The position numbers and the translations under genes are program-made. The notes below the pieces were generated by a model that was not told the DNA's origin, ran no database searches, and saw nothing but the letters and a program-made list of their open reading frames with translations. A stretch of DNA of 64,000 nucleotides from Oscillatoriales cyanobacterium (GTDB lineage Bacteria > Cyanobacteriota > Cyanobacteriia > Cyanobacteriales > Microcoleaceae): contig REAP01000032.1 of the NCBI GenBank assembly GCA_004294385.1, positions 4,098-68,097 of the forward strand, in the 5' to 3' direction. Shown piece by piece: positions 26,703-37,298 of this stretch (position 1 is its first letter; every line of letters begins with the position of its first letter).

Positions 26703-29700
26703 TTAGATTGAGCCAAAGGTTGCGACACCGATCGCACTTGCCGTCACACCATTCAGAGAAGCTAAAATTTCACCAGTTGCTGACAAGCGGATTAATGTTG
26801 AACTATTTTCTTGAGTAATTGAAAGTTGGGAGAAAGTCAGCCCGCTACCCAAAACTAACAAGTCTTTACCAACTTCAAAGTCAGTAATAGTATCAATACC
26901 GGAATTGGTGGAAAGCAAGAAATTATCATTGCCATTACCTCCTGTTAAACTATCACTTCCCAAACCACCATTCAGCAAATCATCACCCTTACCTCCCAGT
27001 AGAATATCATTGCCATCGCCGCCATTCAAAATGTCAGCACCCCGGCCGCCAAACAAGGCATCATCACCACTACCTCCGAGCAAAGTATCGCTACCTTTGC
27101 CACCGAAAAGACTATCATTCCCCGCGCCACCATCCAGAGAATCATTACCCTTCATTGCCATCAACACATTATTCCCGCTGTCGCCCGTGAGGATATCGTC
27201 GCCATCTGTGCCGAGAATTTGATTCGGAGAATTGCTGCCCAAATCTGTATCGCCACTGACAACAGGAGTCGCGATCGCAACAGGTAATGTGACGGCTTGA
27301 ATTTTGCTATCTAAAGCAGCACCAGTATTGTCAGTAACTACCTGAGAAATTGTCTTATTGCCCGTACCAACTGCTTTGAAGTCTTGAGTAGTTGCGCCCA
27401 AAGATACTTTTTGGATACGAGCAACTGATTGAGGAATTGATGTTTCTGTTGAGTTGGATACAGCGCTATCAATCAGTTGATTTGCTGTTGCCATTACTAC
27501 TGCGGCTTGCGAGGTGATTTGGGTAATTTTTTGACTGTCTAAAGTAGAGTCAATCTGCTTGATTTTAGTGGCTGCTTGCTGAATTATTGGTTCTAAAACT
27601 GCTGCATTGCTCAGGTTTAAAACAGTACCAGATTGCATTGGAGTCGTAATTGAACTAACAACAGCTTTGACAATCTCGTTAGTAGCTGCACTGGAAGCAC
27701 CGTCAATCAAAGCGCTAGTTTGAGTGATGAAATTTTGGACTTTCACCATTTCCGTGAAGACTTCGACACCACCAGGTAAATTGTTGTTGATAGCGAAGAT
27801 GGGGTCTAAGCTTGTCAAGTCAACGTCAGCGGGAATCGCCAGAGCAGATTTGACCAAAGATTGGGCTGTTTCTGGTGCAACTCCTTTGTCGATTAAATCT
27901 GCTACTAAACTGGTTAAGAGGGTGACAACACTGGCATCAGCAGGTGCTGTGACGGGTGTTTCTAGTGGCAAACCAGTTGCGGTATCAGTGCCTCCAAAAG
28001 CAACTATATTGCCTTCTGATGGGTCGATTTCTCCGTTTTTGTTGGTATCGAAAGTCTCGAAGGGAATATCGAGCTTATATCCACCGTTGGAGTCAGTAGT
28101 AGTGGATGGTTCGCTGGCATCGAGGACACCGTTTTTGTTGGCATCTAAGAATACTTTTGCCCCGGCAATGTAACCGTCGATGACCTTGCCATCTCCTCTT
28201 TTTACTACGTGGATTACCTGGCTGGCACTGGCACCATAAGGGTCGGTTGCTGTTAACTTTGCGTAGAAATCTTGCCAGTTACTTGGGATAGTTCCGGTGA
28301 ACTTGATGTTGTTTGTGGCAGAGTTAAACGACAATCCTAGCCAACGGCTGTTCGGATTGCTTTGTAATGAAGTGCCGTCATACCGGGTTAGTGTGTAGGT
28401 GAGTAGGTCGCCATCGGGGTCGGTGTAGACGTTGGGAACGTCTACATTGAGAGCAGTGTACGTACCGCCCAGGTTAATCTGCTGTTGGGGCGGGCGATTG
28501 CCAATAATGCCTTGACCCAAAGCCAGCACATCGACGCGCTTGAAGTTTAAGCCGGTATGGTTAACATTGTCATTTTCGTTGTCGCCGTCTTTGATAGTGA
28601 CACCGGTTGATTTCAAAAAATTACCGAACTCGGTTGGTGTTAGTCGGCGGCCTAATTTTTGCTGTGCTAACTGTTGGGCTAACACTGCAATACCGCCAAT
28701 GTGGGCTGTAGCTTGACTGCTACCGTGATAGGTGCTTAAACCGCCATTTTCATTGGCACCTGTGATTGGTGCCCCCGGAGCAAAAATTGTGGTTAATGTT
28801 CCGTTACGCTGAGAAAATGGAGCAATCTGATCGGCAGCAGTGGTATTAGCGGTCGCAGGTCCAAAATAATCTGTATAAAAGTAAGGCTCAGGAACAATTT
28901 TGGAGTTATATACCGCGCTGACCGATAGCGAATTCGGATCGGCGGAAGGGTAGTTTACACCTGGATTATTCTGATTTTCGTAGTAACGGTTGCCTGATGA
29001 AGAGACAACAATTATATTCTTCGCCGCCAATTCTGCCAGTTCATCTCCAATACCGTAGAGTGAAGTAGGACTGGTAAAATTTTGACCGCTGCCGAAGGCC
29101 ATATTAACGCTGGCAATGTTGTAAGCATCTGCATTCTGCAATACCCACTGCAAAGCTTGTTCAACATACGGAAACTTATTAATTTGGTCTCCTGCATTAG
29201 CTGGATTATCCTTTCTGATTTTGAGGTCGATAATTTTCACCCCTGGTGCCATTCCCGTATAGGTTTGGTCTTGGGAGGCAATAATGCTGGCAATGTTCGA
29301 GCCGTGTCCGTCTGTGTCGCTAGCATCTGCGTCGCCTTCAGCAAAATCGTAGTTATAAACGATGCGATCGCTGATGCCGTTTGAGTCGCTGTCAGGGCCA
29401 AAGAATGGGTGGTTTCGGTCGATGCCAGTATCTAATATCGCTACAGAAAAACCGCGGCCGTCGATACCGGAAAAACCGGGTGCGGCGCGGAATTTGTCGA
29501 GATTTATCTGCGAACTGGATACACTGGCAGGAACAATATTATATGGGTCATTTCCGCCGTCAAAACCATAGGAATATGATGCATCCAACAAATTAGTAGC
29601 GATCGGCGAACTGGATATATTAGTCTGGACGCTTCTGACAAGATTGTTGATGCCAGTAATCGGAGTAAAACGCGGTGTGGTGAGGAAATTGTTGGCGACG

Positions 29701-32700
29701 AAATTGTTATTGATGTTGCCAGAAGAGTTTCCAGTAGTTCCAGTCGTTGAAATGGGCTGCGAAGTTGTAGCTGTGGAGGCAGGGCCTTCATATCCTGTGG
29801 TTGTGATACCGGCAAGGCGAGGTAAAGCAGACAAGTTTAAAGTGTATGGAGTCTCCGCACTATTAACTGAAGAAACTCGAATGCTGTAAGTGCCGTGTTC
29901 CACAATCCGGTTGATTGACTTTGAAGTAGTACCGGAATTTTGGGCTGTTGTGATGACATTTTGATTGCTGTCAAGCAATTCAAGATTAACATCTTCATTC
30001 ACGCCATCGACTGACAAATTGAAGTCATTATTAGCACCTAAAGTGAATTTGTAGTAATCAGAATTATTACTACTCACTGCATCAGTATAGTTTCTGAGGT
30101 TAGAAGTTGCATTGATTTTGAGGGATGTACTTGGAGTGTTTCCAGCTAAGTCTTTTGCTGGGGAATTGTTGCTGACAGCGATATCATTTGCATTTAACCC
30201 GGAGTATTTGCTATCTGTACTAACAGCAGGGGCAGTAACAATTGTGTAAGCTTTATTGCCGTCAACAATGTTGTCGTTAACACCTGTCACTGTTACTGTT
30301 TGGGTTGAATTCCAGTTGCCAGAATTGAAAGTCAGCGCTGGGGGAGAAACTATTCCTTCTGCTGTATTGGAACTGCTTAAATCTATTTTGACATCGGCTG
30401 TAGGTTGGGTGTTGAGTTTGATATTAAATGTGGCTTTTCCTCCAGCTTCTGTCGTGATTAATCCACTTGTAGGATTAACAGTAATACCAGGTGTTGGTGT
30501 TGGAGTGGGGGTTGGAGTGGGGGCTGGAGGTATGGGTATGGGTATGGGTGTTGGAGTTGGAGGTGTGGGGGTTACAGGTGTTGGAGTTGGAGGTGTGGGG
30601 GTTACAGGTGTTGGGGTTGGAGGTGTTGGAGTTGGAGGTGTGGGGGTTACAGGTGTGGGGGTTACAGGTGTTGGGGTTGGAGGTGTTGGTGTTGGAGGTG
30701 TTGGGGTTGGAGGTGTTGGGGTTGGAGGTGTTGGTGTTGGAGGTGTTGGGGTTGGAGGTGTTGGTGTTGGAGGTGTTGGTGTTGGAGGTGTTGGTGTTGG
30801 AGGTGTTGGGGTTGGAGGTGTTGGAGTTGGAGGTGTTGGAGTTGGGGTGGGAGGTGTTGGAGTTGGGGCAGTGTCGTTATCAGTAATGGCGACATTAACA
30901 GGTGAAATTGTGATGCTGTTATATTTAACATCGGTACTGGTGGCTGTATGGGCGATCGCACCTGCATGACTTCCTTCAACTAAACTATCATCAACCGCTT
31001 TCACCGCTACCGTTTGACCGACGTTCCAATTAGTCGCGGTAAAAGTAAGTGCAGTAATTGGTTGAATTTGAGTACCTGTAGCCAAGTTAATCGTCACAGG
31101 CGCTGTCGGTTGAGTATTCAACTGAATGCTGTAACTGCCATTTGCACCGCCTTCCGTTGCAGTCGCAGTAGTCGGGTTAATAGAAACGCCTGCGGTGTCG
31201 TTATCAACGATGGCGACATTAACAGGGGAAATTGTGATGCCGTTATATTTAACATCGTTACTGGTGGCTGTATGGGCGATCGCACCAGTATGATTTCCTT
31301 CAACTAAATTGTCGTCAACCGCTTTCACCGCAATAGTTTGAGCGACATTCCAATTAATAGCGGTAAAAGTAAGTGCAGTAATTGGTTGAATTTGATTGCC
31401 TGTAGCCAAGTTAATTGTAACAGGCGCTGTTGGTTGGGTATTTAACCGAACACTGTAACTGCCATTTGCACCGCCTTCCGTTGCATTCGTAGTATTCGGA
31501 TTAATAGAAACGCCTGCGGTGTCGTTATCAGTAATGGCGACGCTCACAGGCGAAATGGTGAGGTTGCTGTTATAATTAACATCGCTACTGGTAGCTGTAT
31601 GGGCGATCGCACCTGTATGATTTCCTTCAACTAAATTGTCATCAACAGCAGCAACTGTCACAGTTTGAGGGGTATTCCAATTAGTCGCGGTGAAAGTAAG
31701 TGCCGTAATTGGTTGAATTTGAGTACCTGTAGCTAAATTAATAGTAACAGGTGCTTTCGGTTGAGTATTTAACTGAACAGTGTAACTTCCTGTTGCACCG
31801 CCTTCCGTTGCAGTGGTGCTAGTAGGAGTAATGCTAACGCCTGCGGTGTCGTTATCGGTAATGGCGACATTAACAGGCAAAATCGTGATGCCGTTATAAT
31901 TAACATCGGTACTGGTGGAAGAATGCCCGATCGCACCTGTATGATTTCCTTCGACTAAATTGTCGTTAACAGCAGCAACCGTAACCGTTTGAGTGGCATT
32001 CCAATTATTTGGGGTAAAAGTAAGTGCAGTAATTGGTTGAATCTGAGTACCTGTAGCCAAATTAATCGTCACAGGTGCTGTAGGCTGAGTATTTAATTTA
32101 ACACTGTAACTTCCATTTGCACCGCCTTCCCTGGCACTTGTGTTAGTAGGAGTAATGCTGACGCCTGCGCTGTCGTTATCGGTAATCTTAGTATTGACGG
32201 TGTTGCCAGCAGTGCCATTAACCGTAAAACTGACACTCGCCCCGTTATACTTAGCATCGGTACTTATGGCTGTATGGGCGATCGGGCCATTGTGTGGCGA
32301 AGTTTCATCTACGATATCATCAACTGCACTGACTATCACCGTTTGCGGTACAAACCAGTTAGTTGGAGTGAAAGAAAGACCTGCAATTGATTGAATTTGA
32401 GTACCGGTGTTGAGTGCGATCGCCACATTTGCAGTAGGCTGATTAGTCAACACCACTGTATAAGTATCCGTCGTCCCACTTTCTGCCACATTAGTGCTGC
32501 CGCCCGACTCAACAATCTTTACCTGTGGCCCGCCAGGAATGATTTTAGTAATAAAAGCATCAGCAACACCTCCCCCATTTGCCGCTTGTAAAGGAGTTGC
32601 TGTTGGGAAATTAGTAGAAGCAGTACCTCCCGCCACATAAACTGCACCAGAAGTATCCACCGCAATACCACTACCGAAGTCGTTACCGCTGCCACCAAGA

Positions 32701-34565
32701 TAAGTAGAATCAACTAAGCCAGAACCCAACGCATTGATTTTCGTAATAAAAGCATCTTGCCCGCCACCGCTGACACTTTGAATCGCATTCTTAGTCGGAA
32801 AATTAGTCGAAGTAGTGTTTCCCGTCACATAAGCATTACCCGCACTGTCTACAGTAATGCGATCGCCATTCTCCTCTCCACTACCGCCCAAATAAGTTGA
32901 ATAAGCCAAAGAGTTATTAGCACTTATCTTGGTGACAAAAGCATCTTTAGCACCACCTCCATTAGCTGCTTGAATCGGACTAACTGTAGGAAAATCAGTT
33001 GAAGAGGTATATCCCACAACATAGGCATTTCCAGAACTATCTACAGCGATATCATTACCTTTATCTTCACCGCTGCCACCTAAATAAGTGGAATAAGTAA
33101 GTGCGCCATCAACGTTAAATCTACTGACAAAAGCTTCAACACCGCCTGGAAGTGTATCATTAGCTGAGTTCAGTGGGAAGTTAGTCGAATTGGTATTTCC
33201 AGTCACCCAGACATTACCAGAATTGTCTAGTGCAATGCCTTTAGCATCATCGATACCAGAACCGCCTAAATAGGTAGAGTAAACTAAAGCACTGCCAGTT
33301 GGATTAACTTTAGCAAGAAACCCATCCATTCCTTCTCCGTATGTAGGCTGGAAGGCATTGGCAGTGGTGGGGAAACCGCCGAACGTCGGCCCGACAACAT
33401 AAGCATTACCGTTATTGTCTACTTTAATGCCGTTGCCGAGGCTACTCCCGCTAGCGCCGAAAAAAGTACCACCACCGGAAATAGCGCTACCACCTAAAAA
33501 AGTAGAATAAATTAACGAATTCCCAGTAGCGTTGAGTTTAGTTACAGCAGCACTCGTAATATTTGTTGTAGGTTTCAAAGAACCGGCTGTAGTTGGATAA
33601 CCCGGATTGACTGGTCCGGTTAAATAAGCATTTCCTTGACTGTCTACGGCAATGTCGAAACCTTCATCATTGTTAGGGCCGCCAATATATGTAGAGTAAA
33701 CTAAGGCAGTTCCTTCGGGGTTAATTTTGGTAACTAATATGTCACTTATTCCACCTACTAGCGTGGTTTGGTACGCACCGGGAGTAGTAGGAAAATTGTT
33801 AGAATGCGTAGTTCCAATAATGTAAGCCGCACCTGTGCTATCTACGGCGATGCGGTTGGCATTCTCATTGTCGCTGCCGCCTAGGTAAGTGGAGTAAGCT
33901 AAAACCGGGTCAATAACTAGGGGTTTAGTGGGGTCAAAATATCCCAAACTGAAACCTACTTGACCGTTTCCTAATAAATTGTAAGCTGCGGGAACATTCA
34001 CCCGCTGTCCGTTGATGTCTTGATAAACTATCGGTGCGTTATCAATTAATTCGCCTAGCGGTGTCTCTAGTATCAGTGCTCCGTCGTCACGCAACCGGAT
34101 GTTGTTAACACCACTATAGTTCATCTTAATTTGACTCGGATCGGCAAAAGGTGCAACAAAAAACTCGCTTTTAAGTTGTCCTTCAGTGCCTTTGAAAACG
34201 CGGTCAATTCCTTGATAGACGTTTTGATAAACAACGCCGTTAAAAGTAGGAACGTCAGTGTGCCATTGACTGGAATCTTCGCCTAAAATAAAGTTAGCAA
34301 ATCCCGGCAATTTTTCCAGCCCGGAAATTTTGGGATTTGGGTTGCTGTTGGCTAAGCTGCTGCGGACAATTGAAGAAGTTGTGGCTTGGTTCCCCGGTTC
34401 ATTTGGTTTTTGGAAAGCGGTAAAGGTGATTTCGTTGGGAGTGAAATAGATACTGTGACCGGCACCTTTGACCTGGAATTTCACATTAGGGTCTGTTTGT
34501 CCAGCATTTGCAATAAAACTTAAGGGAATTTGACCGTAAGATGTTTGTTGATTTGGAGAATTCAT
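26703..34565 (-). CDS. Giant secreted multidomain protein: SBBP propellers, Calx-beta/cadherin-like repeats, PT linker, PPC-like domain, S8 protease, Ig/cadherin domain, RTX tail
   Basis: YSTYLGGSG.D.G..IAVD repeats; five TAGVSI.PT...EGG..GSY..QLNTQP repeats; (PTPPT)n; S8 motifs VAILDTGID, DGHGSNIA, HGSSQATAH; GGxGxD repeats. Confidence 0.85.
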   Translation of the reverse strand: MNSPNQQTSYGQIPLSFIANAGQTDPNVKFQVKGAGHSIYFTPNEITFTAFQKPNEPGNQATTSSIVRSSLANSNPNPKISGLEKLPGFANFILGEDSSQWHTDVPTFNGVVYQNVYQGIDRVFKGTEGQLKSEFFVAPFADPSQIKMNYSGVNNIRLRDDGALILETPLGELIDNAPIVYQDINGQRVNVPAAYNLLGNGQVGFSLGYFDPTKPLVIDPVLAYSTYLGGSDNENANRIAVDSTGAAYIIGTTHSNNFPTTPGAYQTTLVGGISDILVTKINPEGTALVYSTYIGGPNNDEGFDIAVDSQGNAYLTGPVNPGYPTTAGSLKPTTNITSAAVTKLNATGNSLIYSTFLGGSAISGGGTFFGASGSSLGNGIKVDNNGNAYVVGPTFGGFPTTANAFQPTYGEGMDGFLAKVNPTGSALVYSTYLGGSGIDDAKGIALDNSGNVWVTGNTNSTNFPLNSANDTLPGGVEAFVSRFNVDGALTYSTYLGGSGEDKGNDIAVDSSGNAYVVGYTSSTDFPTVSPIQAANGGGAKDAFVTKISANNSLAYSTYLGGSGEENGDRITVDSAGNAYVTGNTTSTNFPTKNAIQSVSGGGQDAFITKINALGSGLVDSTYLGGSGNDFGSGIAVDTSGAVYVAGGTASTNFPTATPLQAANGGGVADAFITKIIPGGPQVKIVESGGSTNVAESGTTDTYTVVLTNQPTANVAIALNTGTQIQSIAGLSFTPTNWFVPQTVIVSAVDDIVDETSPHNGPIAHTAISTDAKYNGASVSFTVNGTAGNTVNTKITDNDSAGVSITPTNTSAREGGANGSYSVKLNTQPTAPVTINLATGTQIQPITALTFTPNNWNATQTVTVAAVNDNLVEGNHTGAIGHSSTSTDVNYNGITILPVNVAITDNDTAGVSITPTSTTATEGGATGSYTVQLNTQPKAPVTINLATGTQIQPITALTFTATNWNTPQTVTVAAVDDNLVEGNHTGAIAHTATSSDVNYNSNLTISPVSVAITDNDTAGVSINPNTTNATEGGANGSYSVRLNTQPTAPVTINLATGNQIQPITALTFTAINWNVAQTIAVKAVDDNLVEGNHTGAIAHTATSNDVKYNGITISPVNVAIVDNDTAGVSINPTTATATEGGANGSYSIQLNTQPTAPVTINLATGTQIQPITALTFTATNWNVGQTVAVKAVDDSLVEGSHAGAIAHTATSTDVKYNSITISPVNVAITDNDTAPTPTPPTPTPTPPTPTPPTPTPPTPTPPTPTPPTPTPPTPTPPTPTPPTPTPPTPTPPTPTPPTPTPVTPTPVTPTPPTPTPPTPTPVTPTPPTPTPVTPTPPTPTPIPIPIPPAPTPTPTPTPTPGITVNPTSGLITTEAGGKATFNIKLNTQPTADVKIDLSSSNTAEGIVSPPALTFNSGNWNSTQTVTVTGVNDNIVDGNKAYTIVTAPAVSTDSKYSGLNANDIAVSNNSPAKDLAGNTPSTSLKINATSNLRNYTDAVSSNNSDYYKFTLGANNDFNLSVDGVNEDVNLELLDSNQNVITTAQNSGTTSKSINRIVEHGTYSIRVSSVNSAETPYTLNLSALPRLAGITTTGYEGPASTATTSQPISTTGTTGNSSGNINNNFVANNFLTTPRFTPITGINNLVRSVQTNISSSPIATNLLDASYSYGFDGGNDPYNIVPASVSSSQINLDKFRAAPGFSGIDGRGFSVAILDTGIDRNHPFFGPDSDSNGISDRIVYNYDFAEGDADASDTDGHGSNIASIIASQDQTYTGMAPGVKIIDLKIRKDNPANAGDQINKFPYVEQALQWVLQNADAYNIASVNMAFGSGQNFTSPTSLYGIGDELAELAAKNIIVVSSSGNRYYENQNNPGVNYPSADPNSLSVSAVYNSKIVPEPYFYTDYFGPATANTTAADQIAPFSQRNGTLTTIFAPGAPITGANENGGLSTYHGSSQATAHIGGIAVLAQQLAQQKLGRRLTPTEFGNFLKSTGVTIKDGDNENDNVNHTGLNFKRVDVLALGQGIIGNRPPQQQINLGGTYTALNVDVPNVYTDPDGDLLTYTLTRYDGTSLQSNPNSRWLGLSFNSATNNIKFTGTIPSNWQDFYAKLTATDPYGASASQVIHVVKRGDGKVIDGYIAGAKVFLDANKNGVLDASEPSTTTDSNGGYKLDIPFETFDTNKNGEIDPSEGNIVAFGGTDTATGLPLETPVTAPADASVVTLLTSLVADLIDKGVAPETAQSLVKSALAIPADVDLTSLDPIFAINNNLPGGVEVFTEMVKVQNFITQTSALIDGASSAATNEIVKAVVSSITTPMQSGTVLNLSNAAVLEPIIQQAATKIKQIDSTLDSQKITQITSQAAVVMATANQLIDSAVSNSTETSIPQSVARIQKVSLGATTQDFKAVGTGNKTISQVVTDNTGAALDSKIQAVTLPVAIATPVVSGDTDLGSNSPNQILGTDGDDILTGDSGNNVLMAMKGNDSLDGGAGNDSLFGGKGSDTLLGGSGDDALFGGRGADILNGGDGNDILLGGKGDDLLNGGLGSDSLTGGNGNDNFLLSTNSGIDTITDFEVGKDLLVLGSGLTFSQLSITQENSSTLIRLSATGEILASLNGVTASAIGVATFGSI

Positions 34566-34774
34566 AGTTGGTATCCCTGGGTTGATGCTATGTCAGTAAT
34601 TATACGGGAGTACCAGGGATGCTGTATTGTAAATTCTTGCGAAAAAATTGTGAAAAATACAATTTTCTTGCGAAATTACTCGGATTTTTGTGAACAATTG
34701 TAACAATGGTTTTGGGTGCGATCGGTAAGTGCGACATTTTGAGGGTTCGCCAGGGGTTAAAACACCTGTTTCAG

Positions 34775-35280
34775 AGTCCAACCGGGGTTGAAAACCCCTG
34801 TCTCATAGCGAAAGTCCTCTCAAAGAGGACTGGGATCGACGATGATTTAATTGGATTTCCCAGTCGGTTTCAACGGACTTGCGCTCTCTAATGCGAAGAC
34901 TTTTGAATGCGAAAGATTTTGGGTAAGTCCGAGAGTCCGCCAAGGGTTAAAAACCCCTGTCTCATAGCGAAAGTCCTCTCAAAGAGGACTGGGATTGACA
35001 ATAATTTAATTGGATTTTTCAGTCGGTTTCAACGGACTTGCGCTCTCTCGACGGGGAATTGATTCCCCGGCGGATTTGTGGGTGAATCGGAAAATTCTTG
35101 AATGCCAAAAACTTTCGGTAAGTCCGAGAGTCCAACCGGGGTTAAAAACCCCTGTCTCATAGCGAAAGTCCTCTGAAAGAGGACTGGGATTGATGATGAT
35201 TTAATTGGATTTGTCAGTCGGTTTCAACCGACTTTTGCTATGAGACGGGGAATTGATTCCCCGGCGGACTTGTGGGTGAA
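34775..35280. repeat. Tandem array of REPIN-like units downstream of the transposase
   Basis: Units start at 34775, 34934 and 35129: AGTCC..C.GGGTT.AAAACCCCTGTCTCATAGCGAAAGTCCTCTCAAAGAGGACTG, a conserved ~30-nt spacer, then an inverted REP. Confidence 0.9.
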
Positions 35281-35327
35281 TCCGCAAACTCCGGCGGGCT
35301 TGTGGGTGAATGCGAGAGTTCGATCTG

Positions 35328-35780
35328 TTAATTCTTTGGCCCCTTCGGATACCAGCGGGTTGGGCGATCGTCTCGATCGGTGATTTGCTCTAAATGCGAA
35401 TTTACAGTGTTTTGTAAATGATGTTGCTTTTGATTGATCACATAAGCGACTGCTTGTTCTAGTTGTGTTTGTCCTAAAGAGAATACTCCATATCCTTCTT
35501 GCCAGCCAAATCTATTGGGATTTTGCAAGGTTTGATTGAAATAATAGCTGCTGCTACCTTTAATATTTTTCACAAATTCAGCGATCGATTGTGTCGGAGG
35601 AATGGAAACTATTAAATGGATGTGATTTTCTGTGCCACCGATCGCATGGACGATGCAATTGAGGGTATCAGCTTTGCCGATAATATAATTGTAAAGTTCT
35701 GTTTCTCTTTGTGGATGTATCAGAGGTTGTCTCTCTTTTGTTGCCCAAACTAAATGATAGTACAGCCGCCACATTGCCAT
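35328..35780 (-). mobile_element. tnpA: IS200/IS605-family HUH (Y1) transposase, REP-associated
   Basis: LYYHLVWATKER, NHIHLIV (HUH), FVKNIKGSSS, WQEGYGVFS, AYVINQKQHH (catalytic Tyr); no tnpB nearby. Confidence 0.9.
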
Positions 35781-35870
35781 AATATGTTTCCCAATCTTTA
35801 TGTAATTTTTTTATTATTTTGCGATTTTCTAGCCATGTTATTTTACCATATCGATAGCTCGTTGGATAAT

Positions 35871-36134
35871 TTAATTGGATTTTTCAGTCAGTTTCAACTG
35901 ACTTTCGCTCTCTCGACGGGGAATTAATTCCCCGGCGGACTTGTGGGTGAACGCAAAGACTTTGAATGCGAAAGATTTTGGGTAAGTCCGAGAGTCCGCC
36001 AAGGGTTAAAAACCCCTGTCTCATAGCGCAAGTCCTCTCAAAGAGGACTGGGATTGATTGTAATTTAATTGGATTTACCAGTCGGTTTCAACCGACTTCA
36101 GCTTTGAGGCAGGGGTTTAAACCCCTGCCGGACT
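35871..36134. repeat. REPIN-like units upstream of the transposase
   Basis: Half unit at 35871-35950 and a full unit at 35993-36134, same consensus as 34775-35280. Confidence 0.9.
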
Positions 36135-36174
36135 GCCGGACTGCCGAACCACCAGACTACGGGTGTTACCTTTA

Positions 36175-37071
36175 TTAAAGTGAATCGCGATATTTCTTAG
36201 GAGTCACACCAACGATTTTGCAGAAAGTCTTGCTAAAGTGACTTTGGTCGTGAAACCCGACTTGCTCCGAGATATAGGTTATTGATAAATCTGGCTTTTT
36301 CAACAATTGTTTGGCTTTTTCTATTCGGCACTGGGTGACGTATTGATGGGGCGTGACTCCAGTTGATTGTTTGAACAAACGACTGAAATAATAAGGACTC
36401 ATCTGCACTAAGTTAGCCAGTTCAGCTATGTGCAATTCTCGGTTTAGGTGGTCATTTATGTAGTTAATAACTATCTGTAATTTGCTAGGGTCAAGACCCC
36501 CTTCAAAATCTCGCAGATGCGGTTTTTGTGCACAATAGCGGTGCAGTATGTGCATTGAAAGCGCATTTTTCAGTGTATCGACATAGAGAGTACCATTTAA
36601 TCCACCGGATTCGAGTTCGGTTTTGAGGGCCCAGGCTATGCCGAAAATTAAAGGATCGCAGATTTGCCATTGCGGTATAATCTCAATGAGGTTTGAATTG
36701 GTTGATTCGCCAACTGTATTGTCGAAGTCGGTGGGTTCAAGTGCGATCGCCATAAATTCAGGTGCTTCGACTACACCTGACTGGAAATCAGTACCAGCAG
36801 CACCGATGAATATCTCTCCGCTTTGCCACGGTTCGCTACCGTAGTGTTTGCCGTTCAGTATTCCTGTTACTGTTGCTGAATTGAGTATCAGCCCAATGCT
36901 GTGCTGTTGGAAACAGTGTTCGGGAGATTCGTTTGGTGACTGACGGTGATATTCGACATGAATTCCCTCCCACTTTGCGCCGTGACTCGACAGGATTGCG
37001 GGACGTGGGAAAAGCGATTTCATCGCGTCTGTCTGGGCAAAATCAAGAATTAGCTGTTTCTCTGAGGGCAT
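36175..37071 (-). CDS. AraC-family transcriptional regulator
   Basis: HIAELANLVQMSPYYFSRLFKQSTGVTPHQY...ITYISEQVGFHDQSHFSKTF; probable true start MPSEKQ at 37071 (ORF-track start lies within a heptamer repeat). Confidence 0.9.
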   Translation of the reverse strand: MPSEKQLILDFAQTDAMKSLFPRPAILSSHGAKWEGIHVEYHRQSPNESPEHCFQQHSIGLILNSATVTGILNGKHYGSEPWQSGEIFIGAAGTDFQSGVVEAPEFMAIALEPTDFDNTVGESTNSNLIEIIPQWQICDPLIFGIAWALKTELESGGLNGTLYVDTLKNALSMHILHRYCAQKPHLRDFEGGLDPSKLQIVINYINDHLNRELHIAELANLVQMSPYYFSRLFKQSTGVTPHQYVTQCRIEKAKQLLKKPDLSITYISEQVGFHDQSHFSKTFCKIVGVTPKKYRDSL

Positions 37072-37134
37072 AGGGCATAGGGCATAGGGCATAGGGCATA
37101 GGGCATAGGGCATAGGGCATAGGGCATAGGGCAT
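37066..37134 (+). repeat. STRR heptamer (GGGCATA)n overlapping the AraC start
   Basis: About 10 tandem copies read directly. Confidence 0.9.
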
Positions 37135-37298
37135 ACCTCACAATGCTTGATAACCCCTATATATCGTTTCCGGTTGCATGATATTGTTCCAACCGGAATT
37201 GATATTACGCATTGTAAAGGTGTTGCAAAGTTTGGAGATTCTTCGCTGTATTTAGAATGACATAGTTATGTTGTCAATGCGTCATGGACTATGGTAAA

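Noticed and set aside
34775-36134. Repeat arrays as a possible CRISPR array
   Set aside because: Inter-repeat segments are conserved rather than unique, units contain inverted REP pairs, and no cas genes are present.
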